From positions 111,993,703 through 112,057,702 of the forward strand of contig NC_068983.1 of NCBI RefSeq assembly GCF_001194135.2: a stretch of 64,000 nt of DNA, given 5' to 3'. The notes under the pieces are model-generated. The model saw nothing but the letters and a program-made list of their open reading frames with translations. It did not search any database and was not told where the DNA came from. Shown piece after piece: positions 12,318-22,967 of this stretch; positions within the stretch are counted from its first letter, which is position 1; each line of letters starts with the position of its first letter. The translations under genes and the position numbers were made by a program. This DNA is from Octopus bimaculoides (Eukaryota).

Positions 12318-14127
12318 CCCTTTAGCATTCAGATTACTCTGTCAAATATAATGTTTATTTATATTCATCATCATCATCATCATCGTTTAACGTCCGCCTT
12401 CCATGCTAGCATGGGTTGGACGATTTGACTGAGGACTGGTGAAACCGGATGGCAACACCAGGCTCCAATCTAATTTGGCAGAGTTTCTACAGCTGGATGC
12501 CCTTCCTAACGCCAACCACTCAGAGAGTGTAGTGGGTGCTTTTACGTGTCACCCGCACGAAAACGGACACGCTCGAAATGGTGTCTTTTATGTGCCACCC
12601 GCACAAGAGCCAGTCCAGGGTCACCGGCAACGATCTCGCTCAAAAAACCTCATGTATCACCCGCAAGCCGGCCCAGGGGCACCGGCAACNNNNNNNNNNN
12701 NNNNNNNNNNNNNNNNNNNNNNNNNNNNNNNNNNNNNNNNNNNNNNNNNNNNNNNNNNNNNNNNNNNNNNNNNNNNNNNNNNNNNNNNNNNNNNNNNNNN
12801 NNNNNNNNNNNNNNNNNNNNNNNNNNNNNNNNNNNNNNNNNNNNNNNNNNNNNNNNNNNNNNNNNNNNNNNNNNNNNNNNNNNNNNNNNNNNNNNNNNNN
12901 NNNNNNNNNNNNNNNNNNNNNNNNNNNNNNNNNNNNNNNNNNNNNNNNNNNNNNNNNNNNNNNNNNNNNNNNNNNNNNNNNNNNNNNNNNNNNNNNNNNN
13001 NNNNNNNNNNNNNNNNNNNNNNNNNNNNNNNNNNNNNNNNNNNNNNNNNNNNNNNNNNNNNNNNNNNNNNNNNNNNNNNNNNNNNNNNNNNNNNNNNNNN
13101 NNNNNNNNNNNNNNNNNNNNNNNNNNNNNNNNNNNNNNNNNNNNNNNNNNNNNNNNNNNNNNNNNNNNNNNNNNNNNNNNNNNNNNNNNNNNNNNNNNNN
13201 NNNNNNNNNNNNNNNNNNNNNNNNNNNNNNNNNNNNNNNNNNNNNNNNNNNNNNNNNNNNNNNNNNNNNNNNNNNNNNNNNNNNNNNNNNNNNNNNNNNN
13301 NNNNNNNNNNNNNNNNNNNNNNNNNNNNNNNNNNNNNNNNNNNNNNNNNNNNNNNNNNNNNNNNNNNNNNNNNNNNNNNNNNNNNNNNNNNNNNNNNNNN
13401 NNNNNNNNNNNNNNNNNNNNNNNNNNNNNNNNNNNNNNNNNNNNNNNNNNNNNNNNNNNNNNNNNNNNNNNNNNNNNNNNNNNNNNNNNNNNNNNNNNNN
13501 NNNNNNNNNNNNNNNNNNNNNNNNNNNNNNNNNNNNNNNNNNNNNNNNNNNNNNNNNNNNNNNNNNNNNNNNNNNNNNNNNNNNNNNNNNNNNNNNNNNN
13601 NNNNNNNNNNNNNNNNNNNNNNNNNNNNNNNNNNNNNNNNNNNNNNNNNNNNNNNNNNNNNNNNNNNNNNNNNNNNNNNNNNNNNNCGATCCCGCTCGAA
13701 AGATTTCATGTGTCGCCCGCACATGAGCCAATCCGGGGGCACTGGCAAACGATCCCGCTCGAAACATTTCATGTGTCGCCCGCACATGAGCCAGTCCAGG
13801 GGCACCGGCAACGATCTCGCTCGAAAAACCTCATGTGTCACCCGCACAAGAGCCAGTCCAGGGTCACTGGCAACGAACTCGCTCGAAAGATATCATGTGT
13901 CGCCCGCACATGGGCCAGTCCTCCAGGGGCACTGGCAACGATCCCGCTCGAAAGATTTGTTTTGAATTAATCCTGCATTATGTCATAGCTTTGAGATTTC
14001 AACGATGTGATTCTTTAGTTTTAAAATGATGTTATAGGATTGATGTGAGAAGCTGGATCTGGCCAGTTACAACATAAAACAGGTTTAAACATTTTGACCT
14101 GATATGGCCAGTTTGAATGCTAAAGGG
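12318..14127. mobile_element. piggyBac-like non-autonomous element (TTAA TSD) interrupted by an RTE 3' end and a minisatellite
   Basis: TTAA|CCCTTTAGCATTC at 12314-12330 and GAATGCTAAAGGG|TTAA at 14115-14131. Shorter relatives at about 9605-9821 and 25555-25775. Confidence 0.75.
12545..13960. repeat. GC-rich ~62-bp minisatellite (partly hidden by the gap at 12690-13686)
   Basis: Unit approximately CATGTGTCGCCCGCACATGAGCCAGTCCAGGGGCACCGGCAACGATCTCGCTCGAAAAACCT. Unit starts at 13707, 13770, 13832 and 13894 give periods of 63, 62 and 62 bp. Confidence 0.9.
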
Positions 14128-15057
14128 TTAAATTATGGGTTCTCAACTGGGGTCCACCTAAGATTTTGTAGTTAAAATTTGTGTACAATAAAATTGCTTA
14201 TACTTCTACAATACACAAAATATTTTTACAATTGCGCTTTCTTAATACAATTCTTAATGATATTTAATTATAAAAATATATCATGAATTTTTAAAACATT
14301 GAATGACTACAGGGATACATATAAGTAAGATAGAAATACAAGGGGCCTATAGATATAAAATGGTTGAGAAACAGTTCCAAATAGACTAAACTGATGTGAT
14401 AAAGTTCCAAGCAGTATCATTTAATTCAAGACATAATTGCTAGCAACCGTAGATGCTATGGTACTGCAAGATATAAGGGACATAACTACTTACAATAGTT
14501 ATACAGCTCTTACCAACACAATTTATATATTAAAAATTAATAAAATGTAAACAGCTGTGATCACTGTCAACATTTAACTCAAGTACAGAAAGTAATTTGC
14601 TATGTACATCACCGAGTGTGTCTTGTTTGCATTATGACTTGTTGTATTGTATATGGAAATCCCCTTAGAGTAAAAACTTTTACACAGATTTCTCACTCCA
14701 TTGCTTAATGGTATTAAAGCATTTCTCTGCATTGTGAATAATTGAGACACCAGGATTTGTTGTAACAATTGAGATTTGATAATGGAATCTGACAAGATAA
14801 GAGGGAAGACAAAAGAAAATATAAAAGATAAAAGAAATGGAAAATCTGAAGTGGCAGAAATAAAGAAACAAATGTAAGTAAAAAGGGGTGGAGAGAGAGA
14901 GAGAGAGAGTTTAAGAAATTTGAAATGCAAATATTTCTTCTGGTGAAAAAGTAATATAAGAAATAAAGACAAACACAATAGATGTTTGTATATATTTTAT
15001 AAAACTGTCGGCGGAAGTCCTTGAAATTACCTGTGATATCTAAATGTCAACGAGTGA

Positions 15058-17585
15058 TCAGTTTTGAAATGTATCATTGTATTGCAGCTGTTGAAAGAAT
15101 TCTGTTTGGTTCTGCATATTAACCATTGGTAAAGATTCCTTATTAGATGCTTGTTCAGCAACCAATAACAGGCTAGCAATGTTCTCAATCACTTGTTGGT
15201 TATTCTCAGAGTCATGTTCCTGGTCAGTATGCTGAATCAAATAATGTATTGTATTGTCTACATTTGACACCTCTACTAATAACGGTGCAGTTGGTACATC
15301 GTAATTGCTACCCTCTGCAGCTGGCAGTAATTCTTCACAGCACTCTTCAGAAGAATTCATGTCATTTTTAGGGAGTTCTTCAGATATATCTTCAACAGGT
15401 TGTTCATTAGACATATCCATCTCTGAATTTATACTTTCATCAATATTGTGTGCTTTTTTAAGGTGATTTTCAAGAAATTTCTTTTCAAGGAAACCTTGCT
15501 TACATTTATTGCAACGATGAGGGAAGTATGATAAGTGTTCCTGATGTATATGCTCAACTAGTTTGGCTTTGTAGTAAAAGCCTGTCTTACAATATGTACA
15601 ATAAAGGAGATCTTCAGCAGTTCGGTTATATTTGAATCGGTTGCGCTGAGAATTTGTCACAACAAAATCAGTATCATTATGAACTTGTGTCATGTGAGCT
15701 CGCAACGTTTTGGATCTAGTGAAACCCATATTACAGATTTTGCAAGTGAAAGTGTATAAATTAAAATGTAATAACTGAACATGAGCAACCATACTTGCCT
15801 TTTGACTAAACCCTTTTCCACAGTAAGAACAGTGAAACAGTTCCTTTTGAGGCTGATGAAGAATTCGCATGTGTCGAATATAATTGTTCTCAAACCAAAA
15901 GCTTTTATTACACTGTTTGCAGACAATCATTTTAGATATATCTGAACCATGAATTCTTTTGTGACGATTTAGTTGAGATTTCCTATAAAATTCTTTTTTA
16001 CATGTTGGACAAGAGAATTGGCGGATTCCTTCATGGATCTCTTGAATGTGCTGCTTGAGAGTGGCAGCCCACTTGAATTTAGCAGGACACAAATGGCATA
16101 AGTTAGATTTCCCTTTGACATAATGAACAGAATGCACATGATTCCGGAGGCTTTTCAAATTCTTGTAAGACTTGCCACATTGGCTACATATTTGAGAATC
16201 GACTTGGAAATGTACACGGTCTTCATGATCTTGGAGCAAATATCGGTTCTGAAGAGTAGCATCACACTTACTACACTTGACAACTTTTAGTTTCTTCAGC
16301 TCAGTTACGTATTCAGAGAAATCAGACTCATCTGCATGAAATTTCTTCACATGTTCATCCACACCAGTGTAGTCACAGAACATTTTTTGGCAATAACGAC
16401 ATTGAACGACACGCACATTATTCCTTTTCCTACGTCCTGGTTTGTGCATTTTGCCACTGCCTGTATCATTCTTCTGTTTGCCGGAAATGAGCTCATGTTT
16501 TTCATATATGGCTGCCGTTGTTGAAAGGTTTGATCCTGTTACATCATCAGCTTGTACACTTTCTGAATTCCTTCCTGAGGTTGTTATATCTTCTACAGCT
16601 GTACTTTCTAAAAGTTGCATAATATTACTAGATACATCAGTAACTTTTGACTTGGGGATTTCAGAGGCAACAACATTGCTACCCTTCTTTCCTTGATTAG
16701 CTAAATGTTTCACTCCACGTAGCATAATGCGTTTTGATTGACGAGTCACCAAACGAGCTTCTTTTGGATCACACTCACTCTTATTTTGATTACACTCTGC
16801 CTTATTTGACATCTGTTTTGGTTTGCGGCCTCGTTTCTTGTGAGGTTTCGCAGCCGAGTTTTGAGCTTCGATGAAGGAATCACAGACTTCTGTTTCCGTG
16901 GAAACCAAATTTTTTTTTAGATCATCGACAGTTGTTCTCACACTGTGCAGCACTTCTGCATTTGTAACACTTCCGGAACAATACAAAAATGAAGTTTGAG
17001 AAACTTGCGGAGGTAACTCACAAAATGAACTATTTTCATTAATTTCTTCATTGTTGTGAAGAACTTTTGAAGATGGTGACAATGACGACGCTTGAAGATC
17101 TTGTGAAGATATCTTGCTTAAAGATGCATCAGAATGATCTGCTTTCTCGGTTTCATCTTGCTCACTTGACTGATTTAGCGTAACTAATTTCTGTAAATCT
17201 TCTGAATTTGCAGAGTCAAGTGAATTTACAGGAGGTGTTTCAGTGATGCCAGCACCACTGTTTAGATCACAAGAGTTTCCAGAATCATTCAAAGATGCAA
17301 CGTAATTAATAAGGGAGGTCACTGTAGAAGTGGGTGATAATTTGGATAGTTTAACTATATAAGGTTCAGAATCAAATTGCTTATTCAGTTTTGATGATGG
17401 ACAGATCTGAAGTGATGAAGCAGTTTCATTCTGAGTAACATTACTTAAACAGAAACCACACCGACCTTCCATAACCTGTAGTTGTATTTCTGAAAATGAC
17501 ATCTGTAGCATATTTTCAGAACCTTTTGCAGTCTGGACTTTTGCAGTTTGCATGATGTCGATATTGGAGTCGTCTTCTTTAGGTT
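15058..17585 (-). CDS. Terminal coding exon of a multi-C2H2 zinc-finger protein (10 fingers, AT-hook-like motif)
   Basis: Uninterrupted reading frame ending in TGA at 15060-15058, with ten CxxC-x12-H-x3/4-H motifs at about 16402-15447 and KKRGRKPK at about 16840-16817. Strong phase-1 acceptor (ttcattattcttttctatcttcctttcttag|AACCT) at 17586/17585. Confidence 0.92.
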
Positions 17586-17639
17586 CTAAGAAAGGAAGAT
17601 AGAAAAGAATAATGAAAGTATAACCATACATGTTTAAAT

Positions 17640-17800
17640 TATCATAATCATCATCACCAGTATTTAACATCCACTTTTCCATGCTTAAATAAGTTGGACA
17701 GAACTTGCCAAGGCAAATTTTCTACAACTAGGTGCCCTTCCTGTCACCAACCCTCACTTGTTCTCAAGCAGGGTAATGTTCCCCATAAACAGACATATTA
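17640..17800 (-). mobile_element. RTE-type 3' tail fragment in the intron
   Basis: catcatcaccagtatttaacatccacttttccatgc matches the RTE tail consensus in reverse. It supplies the false ATG at 17682. Confidence 0.7.
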
Positions 17801-18204
17801 CAACTATCACATGAAGTCCAGGAGATAGTAATGCACACATAGAATAGGTTTCCTTAAGTTTTCATCAACCAAATCCATTTTCAAGTTTTTGATCAGTCTG
17901 GGGCTAAAGTAGAAGACACTACTGGTTTGATGGACTGAGTTTTGAGTAAAAGATGCTACTCTAGGCTATCAAACAGTGACTGAGAACTTAAAATCACATG
18001 GTAATGAAGCAAACTATGTATTCACACAGCTATAACTGCTTGAATATGTATGTATGCCTTTTTCAGCTTTATTTCAAGATTTTTTGCCAATAGAGAAAGA
18101 GCAGGTTTCTAACCCAGATCCAAGGTTTCGTCATTGGAATTTCAACATCAATGTATGTATGGATGTATGTGTGCATGCATATATGTGTGTGCGTGTATAT
18201 AGGA

Positions 18205-18555
18205 GCGGCTCTGTGTAAGTAGCTTGCTTACCAACCACATGGTTCTGGGTTCAGTCCCACTGCGTGGTACTTTGGTTAAGTGTCTTCTACTATAGCCTCA
18301 GGCCAACCAAAGCCTTGTGAGTGGATTTGGTAGAGGGAAACTGAAAGAAGCCTGTCATATATATATTTGTATGTGTGTTTGTCCTGATAACATCACTTGA
18401 CAACCGATGCTGGTGTGTTTACATCCCCGTAACTTAGCAGTTCAGCAAAAGACACCTATAGAATAAGTACTAGGCTTACAAAGAATAAGTCCTGGGGTCG
18501 ACTAAAAGGTGGTGCTCCAGCATGGCCGCAGTCAAATGACTGAAACAAGTAAGAA
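18205..18555 (+). mobile_element. SINE family A
   Basis: ggagcggctctgtgtaagtagcttgcttaccaaccacatggttctgggttcagtccc...gtcaaatgactgaaacaagtaaga. Confidence 0.85.
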
Positions 18556-18569
18556 AATATATATAGTTA

Positions 18570-18900
18570 AGGCACATGGCTCAGTGGTTAGAGTGTCAAG
18601 CTCATAATCATGAGGTAGTGAGTTCAGTTCCCAGACCAGGCTGTGTGTTGTGTTCTTGAGCAAGACACTTTATTTTGTGTTGCTTCAGTTCACTCTGCTG
18701 TAGAAATGTGTTGCGACATCACTGGTGTCAAGCTGCATCAGCCTCTGCCTTTCCCTTGGATAACATTAGTGGCATGGAGAAGGGAGACTGGTATGCATGG
18801 GCAACAGCTGGTCTTCCATAAACAACTTCACCCAGACTTGTGCCTTGGAGGGTAGTTTTCTAGTTGCAATCTCATGGTCATTCATGACCAAAAGGGGTCT
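18570..18900 (+). mobile_element. tRNA-derived SINE (distinct family)
   Basis: Head ggcacatggctcagtggttagagtg...gagttcagttccc has A- and B-box-like motifs followed by a non-tRNA body. Confidence 0.7.
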
Positions 18901-19270
18901 TAACCATTACTCTATATATATATGTGTATTTATGAATGAGTATGCATGAAACTAAATCTAGAACTACAAAAGTAACCAGTAGTAAAACTACATCCAATAA
19001 TCTTTTAACACGTTCATCCAATTCATGCTTGTCTGGGAGGACAGATATGAGTCCAATACACATACACACATACATGCATGCAACAAGTATAAACATGCAC
19101 ATTCAAATACAAAATATTGCAGCAACTGAGAGCAAAATTAAGGGCGTTTATAGAAAAACAATAGCGTTGTAATGGGTTGACAAACACTAAAAACTCAAAC
19201 TGCCGTGAATGATGCATATGGCTTGTTGACGGTTAATTTATTGTTCTTGCAAGTTACTAGTAGAGATACA

Positions 19271-19468
19271 AGGCAGCGAGGTGGCAGAAACATTAGCATG
19301 CTGAGCGAAATGCTTAATGGCATTTCGTCTGTCTTTACATTCTGAGTTCAACTTTGCTTTTCATCCTTTCGGGGTTGATAAATTAAGTACCAGTTGCATA
19401 CTGGGATCGATCTAATCGACTGGGCCCCTCTCCAAAAATTTCGGGCCTTACGCCTAGAGTAGAAAAGA
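19271..19468 (+). mobile_element. SINE family B
   Basis: ggcagcgaggtggcagaa...ctgagttca...ctttcatcctttcggggttgataaattaagtacc.... Further copies at about 7640-7840(-), 20300-20525(-), 20550-20760(-), 32078-32258(+), 32273-32455(+), 60830-61025(-) and 61075-61262(+). Confidence 0.8.
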
Positions 19469-19555
19469 TACTGGAAGAGATACAAAGCAAAAGAATGCTT
19501 CTCTAGTTTGTAGAATATTGTTTTAAATAGAAGATTTTTGTTGTGGGTTTATGAC

Positions 19556-19925
19556 TATTTTTCTTTTATTGTTTCAGTCATTTGATTGCACCCATGCTGG
19601 AGCACCACAGGACTTATTCTTTGTAAGCCCAGTACATATTCTATGAGTTTGTTTTGCTGAACTGCTAATTTACAGGGATGTAAACACACCAACATCAGTT
19701 GGCAAGCAATGGTGGCGGTACAAATAAATGCAAATACATACATACATACACACACACACATATATATATACAGGACGAGCTACTTTCAGCTTCCGTCTAC
19801 CAAATCCATTCACAAGGCTTTGGTTGGCCCAAGGCTATAGCAGAAGACACTTGCCCAAGGTGCCACACAGTGGGACTGAACCTAGAACCATCTGGTTGGG
19901 AAGCAAGCTTCTTACCACATAAGCC
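19556..19925 (-). mobile_element. SINE family A followed by a poly-T tract
   Basis: Colinear similarity to 6012-6405. Confidence 0.8.
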
Positions 19926-21544
19926 ATTCCATTTCTTTTTTTTTTTTTTTTTTTTTTTTTTTTGTGAAATGATGACAAGCCTCTTACCATGATATTTATT
20001 CGAATATATTTGGTAAATACACATAGTTACATATCAGAAAACACCATTCCACTTATGCAGTCAAGATAGAAAGATTATCTCCCTTGTTTTCTACTATCAC
20101 GAATCATGTAAATTTATGTTGCTTCTGATATAGTCAGTAATCCAGTGAGTAGAAAGTCAGAATAACTGTCATGGCTATTTCTCCAGATATTTTGCTATGC
20201 TTTCACTATTCAAATATGTTAAAGCCCAGTGTTTACACAAGATACTTTTATATATGTTGTCTAGCTTGTGATTTTTTGCAAGAAAAAATGGTGGGGGAGG
20301 TGGGGGCAAAAGTAAACTAAGTCCAAGCAACTTAGCACAAGGCCAGCAATTTCGGGATTGTCGATTAACTGATTACATCAACCCCAGAGCTTAATTGGTA
20401 CTTATTTTATCACCTCTGAAAGAATGAAAGGCAAAGTTCACCTCAGCAGAATTTCAACTCAAAATGTAAAGACAGGCCGTCAAGCATTTTGCCTGGCATG
20501 CTTAAGGACTCTCACCACCTTCATATTGATAAAAACTTAATACTGATTTTAAATTTTGGCACAAGGCCAGGCTAGCAAGTTCAAAGGATGGGGTAAGTTG
20601 ACCACATCAACCCCAGTGCTCAACTGGTACTATTTTTATCAACCCCTGAAAGAATAAAAGGCAAAGTCAACCATGGCAGAATTTGAATGTAGAACATGAA
20701 GACAAACGATATTGCTACTAAGCATTTTGCCTGGCATGCTAATTCTACCAGCTCACCGACATTGATAAGAATTATGGTATGTCAAAGTATGGGTCCTTCT
20801 AAGATCAGGAGAATGATCTTGTGGTGATCTGACAAGATACACTCCAAGAAATATTTGAGTGGAATTCTATCTATCTTATAAGAAAGACTCCAGTACAAAG
20901 ATATCATCTTCGGTATTAATATTTAAAAAAAAAAAAAAACAAAGAAGGAAAGAGAAAAACATTTCTCAAATATTTCTTTCTGATTTTCTGTAACTTATAC
21001 TCTTTCTATCATTGTCATTACCATTTCAATGTCTATTTTCTAAGTTGGCACAGACTAGACAGATCTGTCAAATGATACTTGGCAATATGACAAATGGACA
21101 CTGTACTATCAGATCTTATCACACAATGGTTGATGTAACATTTAGTATGTAAACGAGTACAACTAAAACAATTCATTATGGTTGGATGCCCTGATCTCCA
21201 CTACAAAAGTACTTTACACAGAATTATATCAATCTGTGTATCATCAGTACATATTGTAAAGCTGAGTTTGTGTGTGTGTGTGTTGCATGCATCTATAGAA
21301 ATCCACACCTTACAAGATAGCAATCTGGGAGTCGCACCAATGGATTCCTCATGGACAAAAATGCCCGGAGTGAACCATTTATTATTTTTTTTTTTGCTTC
21401 TTAAGACGTGAATTTTTGCATTAAAAATAATTTTAAACCATAACTTCTAACAATTTTCAACATGAGTTAAGTCCCCTTCTAGCGACGGTGTAAAGAGAGA
21501 GAGAGAAAGAGATAACAGATTTTTAAAATTTCGTCTTTTTAGTG

Positions 21545-21700
21545 AGTGATACATAATATAAACGATATTCTCCATTTCTCCACAACTAATTTCCAAATTT
21601 GCTGAATCTGTTGCTCTACTCATAGCGAAATATAGCTGGTCGTGCATGAACATGGGAGAGAACAGTAGTTACCAGAACAAAAACCCTAAGTGTTGACTGC
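21545..21700 (-). pseudogene. Helitron-type PIF1 helicase C-terminal remnant
   Basis: Translation PMFMHDQLYFAMSRATDSANLEISCGEMENIVY resembles the PVFSHGQLYVALSR...NIVY motif at the end of Helitron RepHel helicases. Confidence 0.7.
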
Positions 21701-21781
21701 AGATACGCTCCTTCGCAAACGATCAGCTATTATTTTGTAAACAATGTTACAAAACTGTTCATGTTTTCGAATTATATATAT

Positions 21782-22068
21782 ATGAAAACAATTGCAGCGT
21801 GGAAAGTGTTTATAAGCCATTTAAAATAACACACAAAAACCGTTGGATTCACTTCAACATTTAAATTTAATTTGTCAAAAAATCTTCGTCGCTTTGAGAC
21901 CGTGACCTATTCACTGATGCAGCACGGAATTTTGTCAGTGAACAGGTAGCAGTCTCAAAGCGACGAAAATGTTTTGACAAATTAAATTTAAATGTTGAAG
22001 TGAATCTAACGGTTTTTGTGTTATTTTAAATGGTTTATAAACACCTTCCACGCTGTGATTGTTTTCAT
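21782..22068. mobile_element. Palindromic MITE-like repeat (~135-bp arms, ~17-bp loop)
   Basis: atgaaaacaattgcagcgtggaaagtg... is mirrored by ...caccttccacgctgtgattgttttcat. Confidence 0.85.
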
Positions 22069-22130
22069 TCCAGCACATGATCTCAGATCAGGTCACTTGC
22101 TATGCAAGTACATCTCCGTAATATATACAT

Positions 22131-22552
22131 ATGCTTTCGGTGCAAATGGTTTTCTTATACAACACCCTATTTTACAATCCTGTAAATAATAATAATAATG
22201 GTATTTTTATATAAGATTAAAGTTTATGGCGTTCACATTGCAATGACTAAGGAAAATAGTCTAATAACGAGGCATATAAGCACTCGACAGAAAAAAGAAG
22301 GCTTTCCTATCCATGCGTGAAGGTCACACACCCAGTCATGTTCACAGAGGAATGTGGATTCGCGTCCTACGTGGATGGGAAAGCCTTCTTTTTTTCTGTC
22401 GAGGGCTTATATGCTCCGTTATTAGACTATTTTCGTTAGTTATTGCACAGTGAACGGCATAAGCTTTAAGCTTCTATAAAAATACCATTATTATTATTTA
22501 CAGAATTGTAAAATATGGCACCTTTTAATAAAGCCATTCGCACCGAAAGCAT
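22131..22552. mobile_element. Palindromic MITE-like repeat (~190-bp arms)
   Basis: atgctttcggtgc...gcaccgaaagcat termini in a TA-rich context. Inner arms ctcgacagaaaaaagaaggctttc / gaaagccttcttttttttctgtcgag. Confidence 0.85.
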
Positions 22553-22582
22553 ATATATATATATACATATATGTATGCTTAC

Positions 22583-22860
22583 AATAGCCTTAGGCTGACC
22601 AAAATCTTGTGAGTGGATTTCGTACTTGGAAACTGAAAGAAGACTGTCGTATATATGTGTGCCTGTGCCTTGTGTTTGTACCCCCACCATTGCTTGACAA
22701 CTGATGTTGCTGCATTTACATTCCTGTAACTTAGCGGTTTGGCAAAAGACACTGACAGAATGAGTACCACGCTTACAAAGAATAAATCCTGTGGTTGATT
22801 TCTTCGACCAACAGCGATGCCCCACCATGGCCGCAGTCACATGACTCAAACAAGTAAAGC
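22583..22860 (+). mobile_element. SINE family A, 5'-truncated
   Basis: Similarity to 18290-18555. Confidence 0.75.
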
Positions 22861-22884
22861 AATAAAAATCCATGCCATTTTAAT

Positions 22885-22911
22885 CCCGAGCAAGGCCGGG
22901 TATCTCTGCTA

Positions 22912-22912
<1 letters not shown>
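22885..22912 (+). mobile_element. Helitron 3' terminus
   Basis: Hairpin CCCG-AGCAAGGC-CGGG, an 8-nt spacer, then CTAG immediately followed by T of a (TA)n tract. This is the canonical Helitron end geometry. Confidence 0.7.

Positions 22913-22967
<55 letters not shown>

Noticed and set aside
12545-13960. 62-bp repeat array as a CRISPR
   Set aside because: The units are head-to-tail with no unique spacers, there are no cas genes, the context is eukaryotic, and it is contiguous with a LINE 3' UTR.
17586-17682. N-terminal 32 aa (MEKWMLNTGDDD...) of the 874-aa ORF
   Set aside because: It is the reverse strand of an RTE tail plus the polypyrimidine tract and AG acceptor, so it is intronic read-through.
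18570-18650. tRNA gene (A/B-box-like motifs; similar heads at 6330-6405, 19271 and 55290-55372)
   Set aside because: I could not form a complete cloverleaf, and each head continues into a multi-copy SINE body.
18936-19045. Possible intermediate exon of the zinc-finger gene (ctcccag|ACAAGCATGAATTG...)
   Set aside because: The acceptor is plausible, but no phase-1 donor of reasonable strength follows it.
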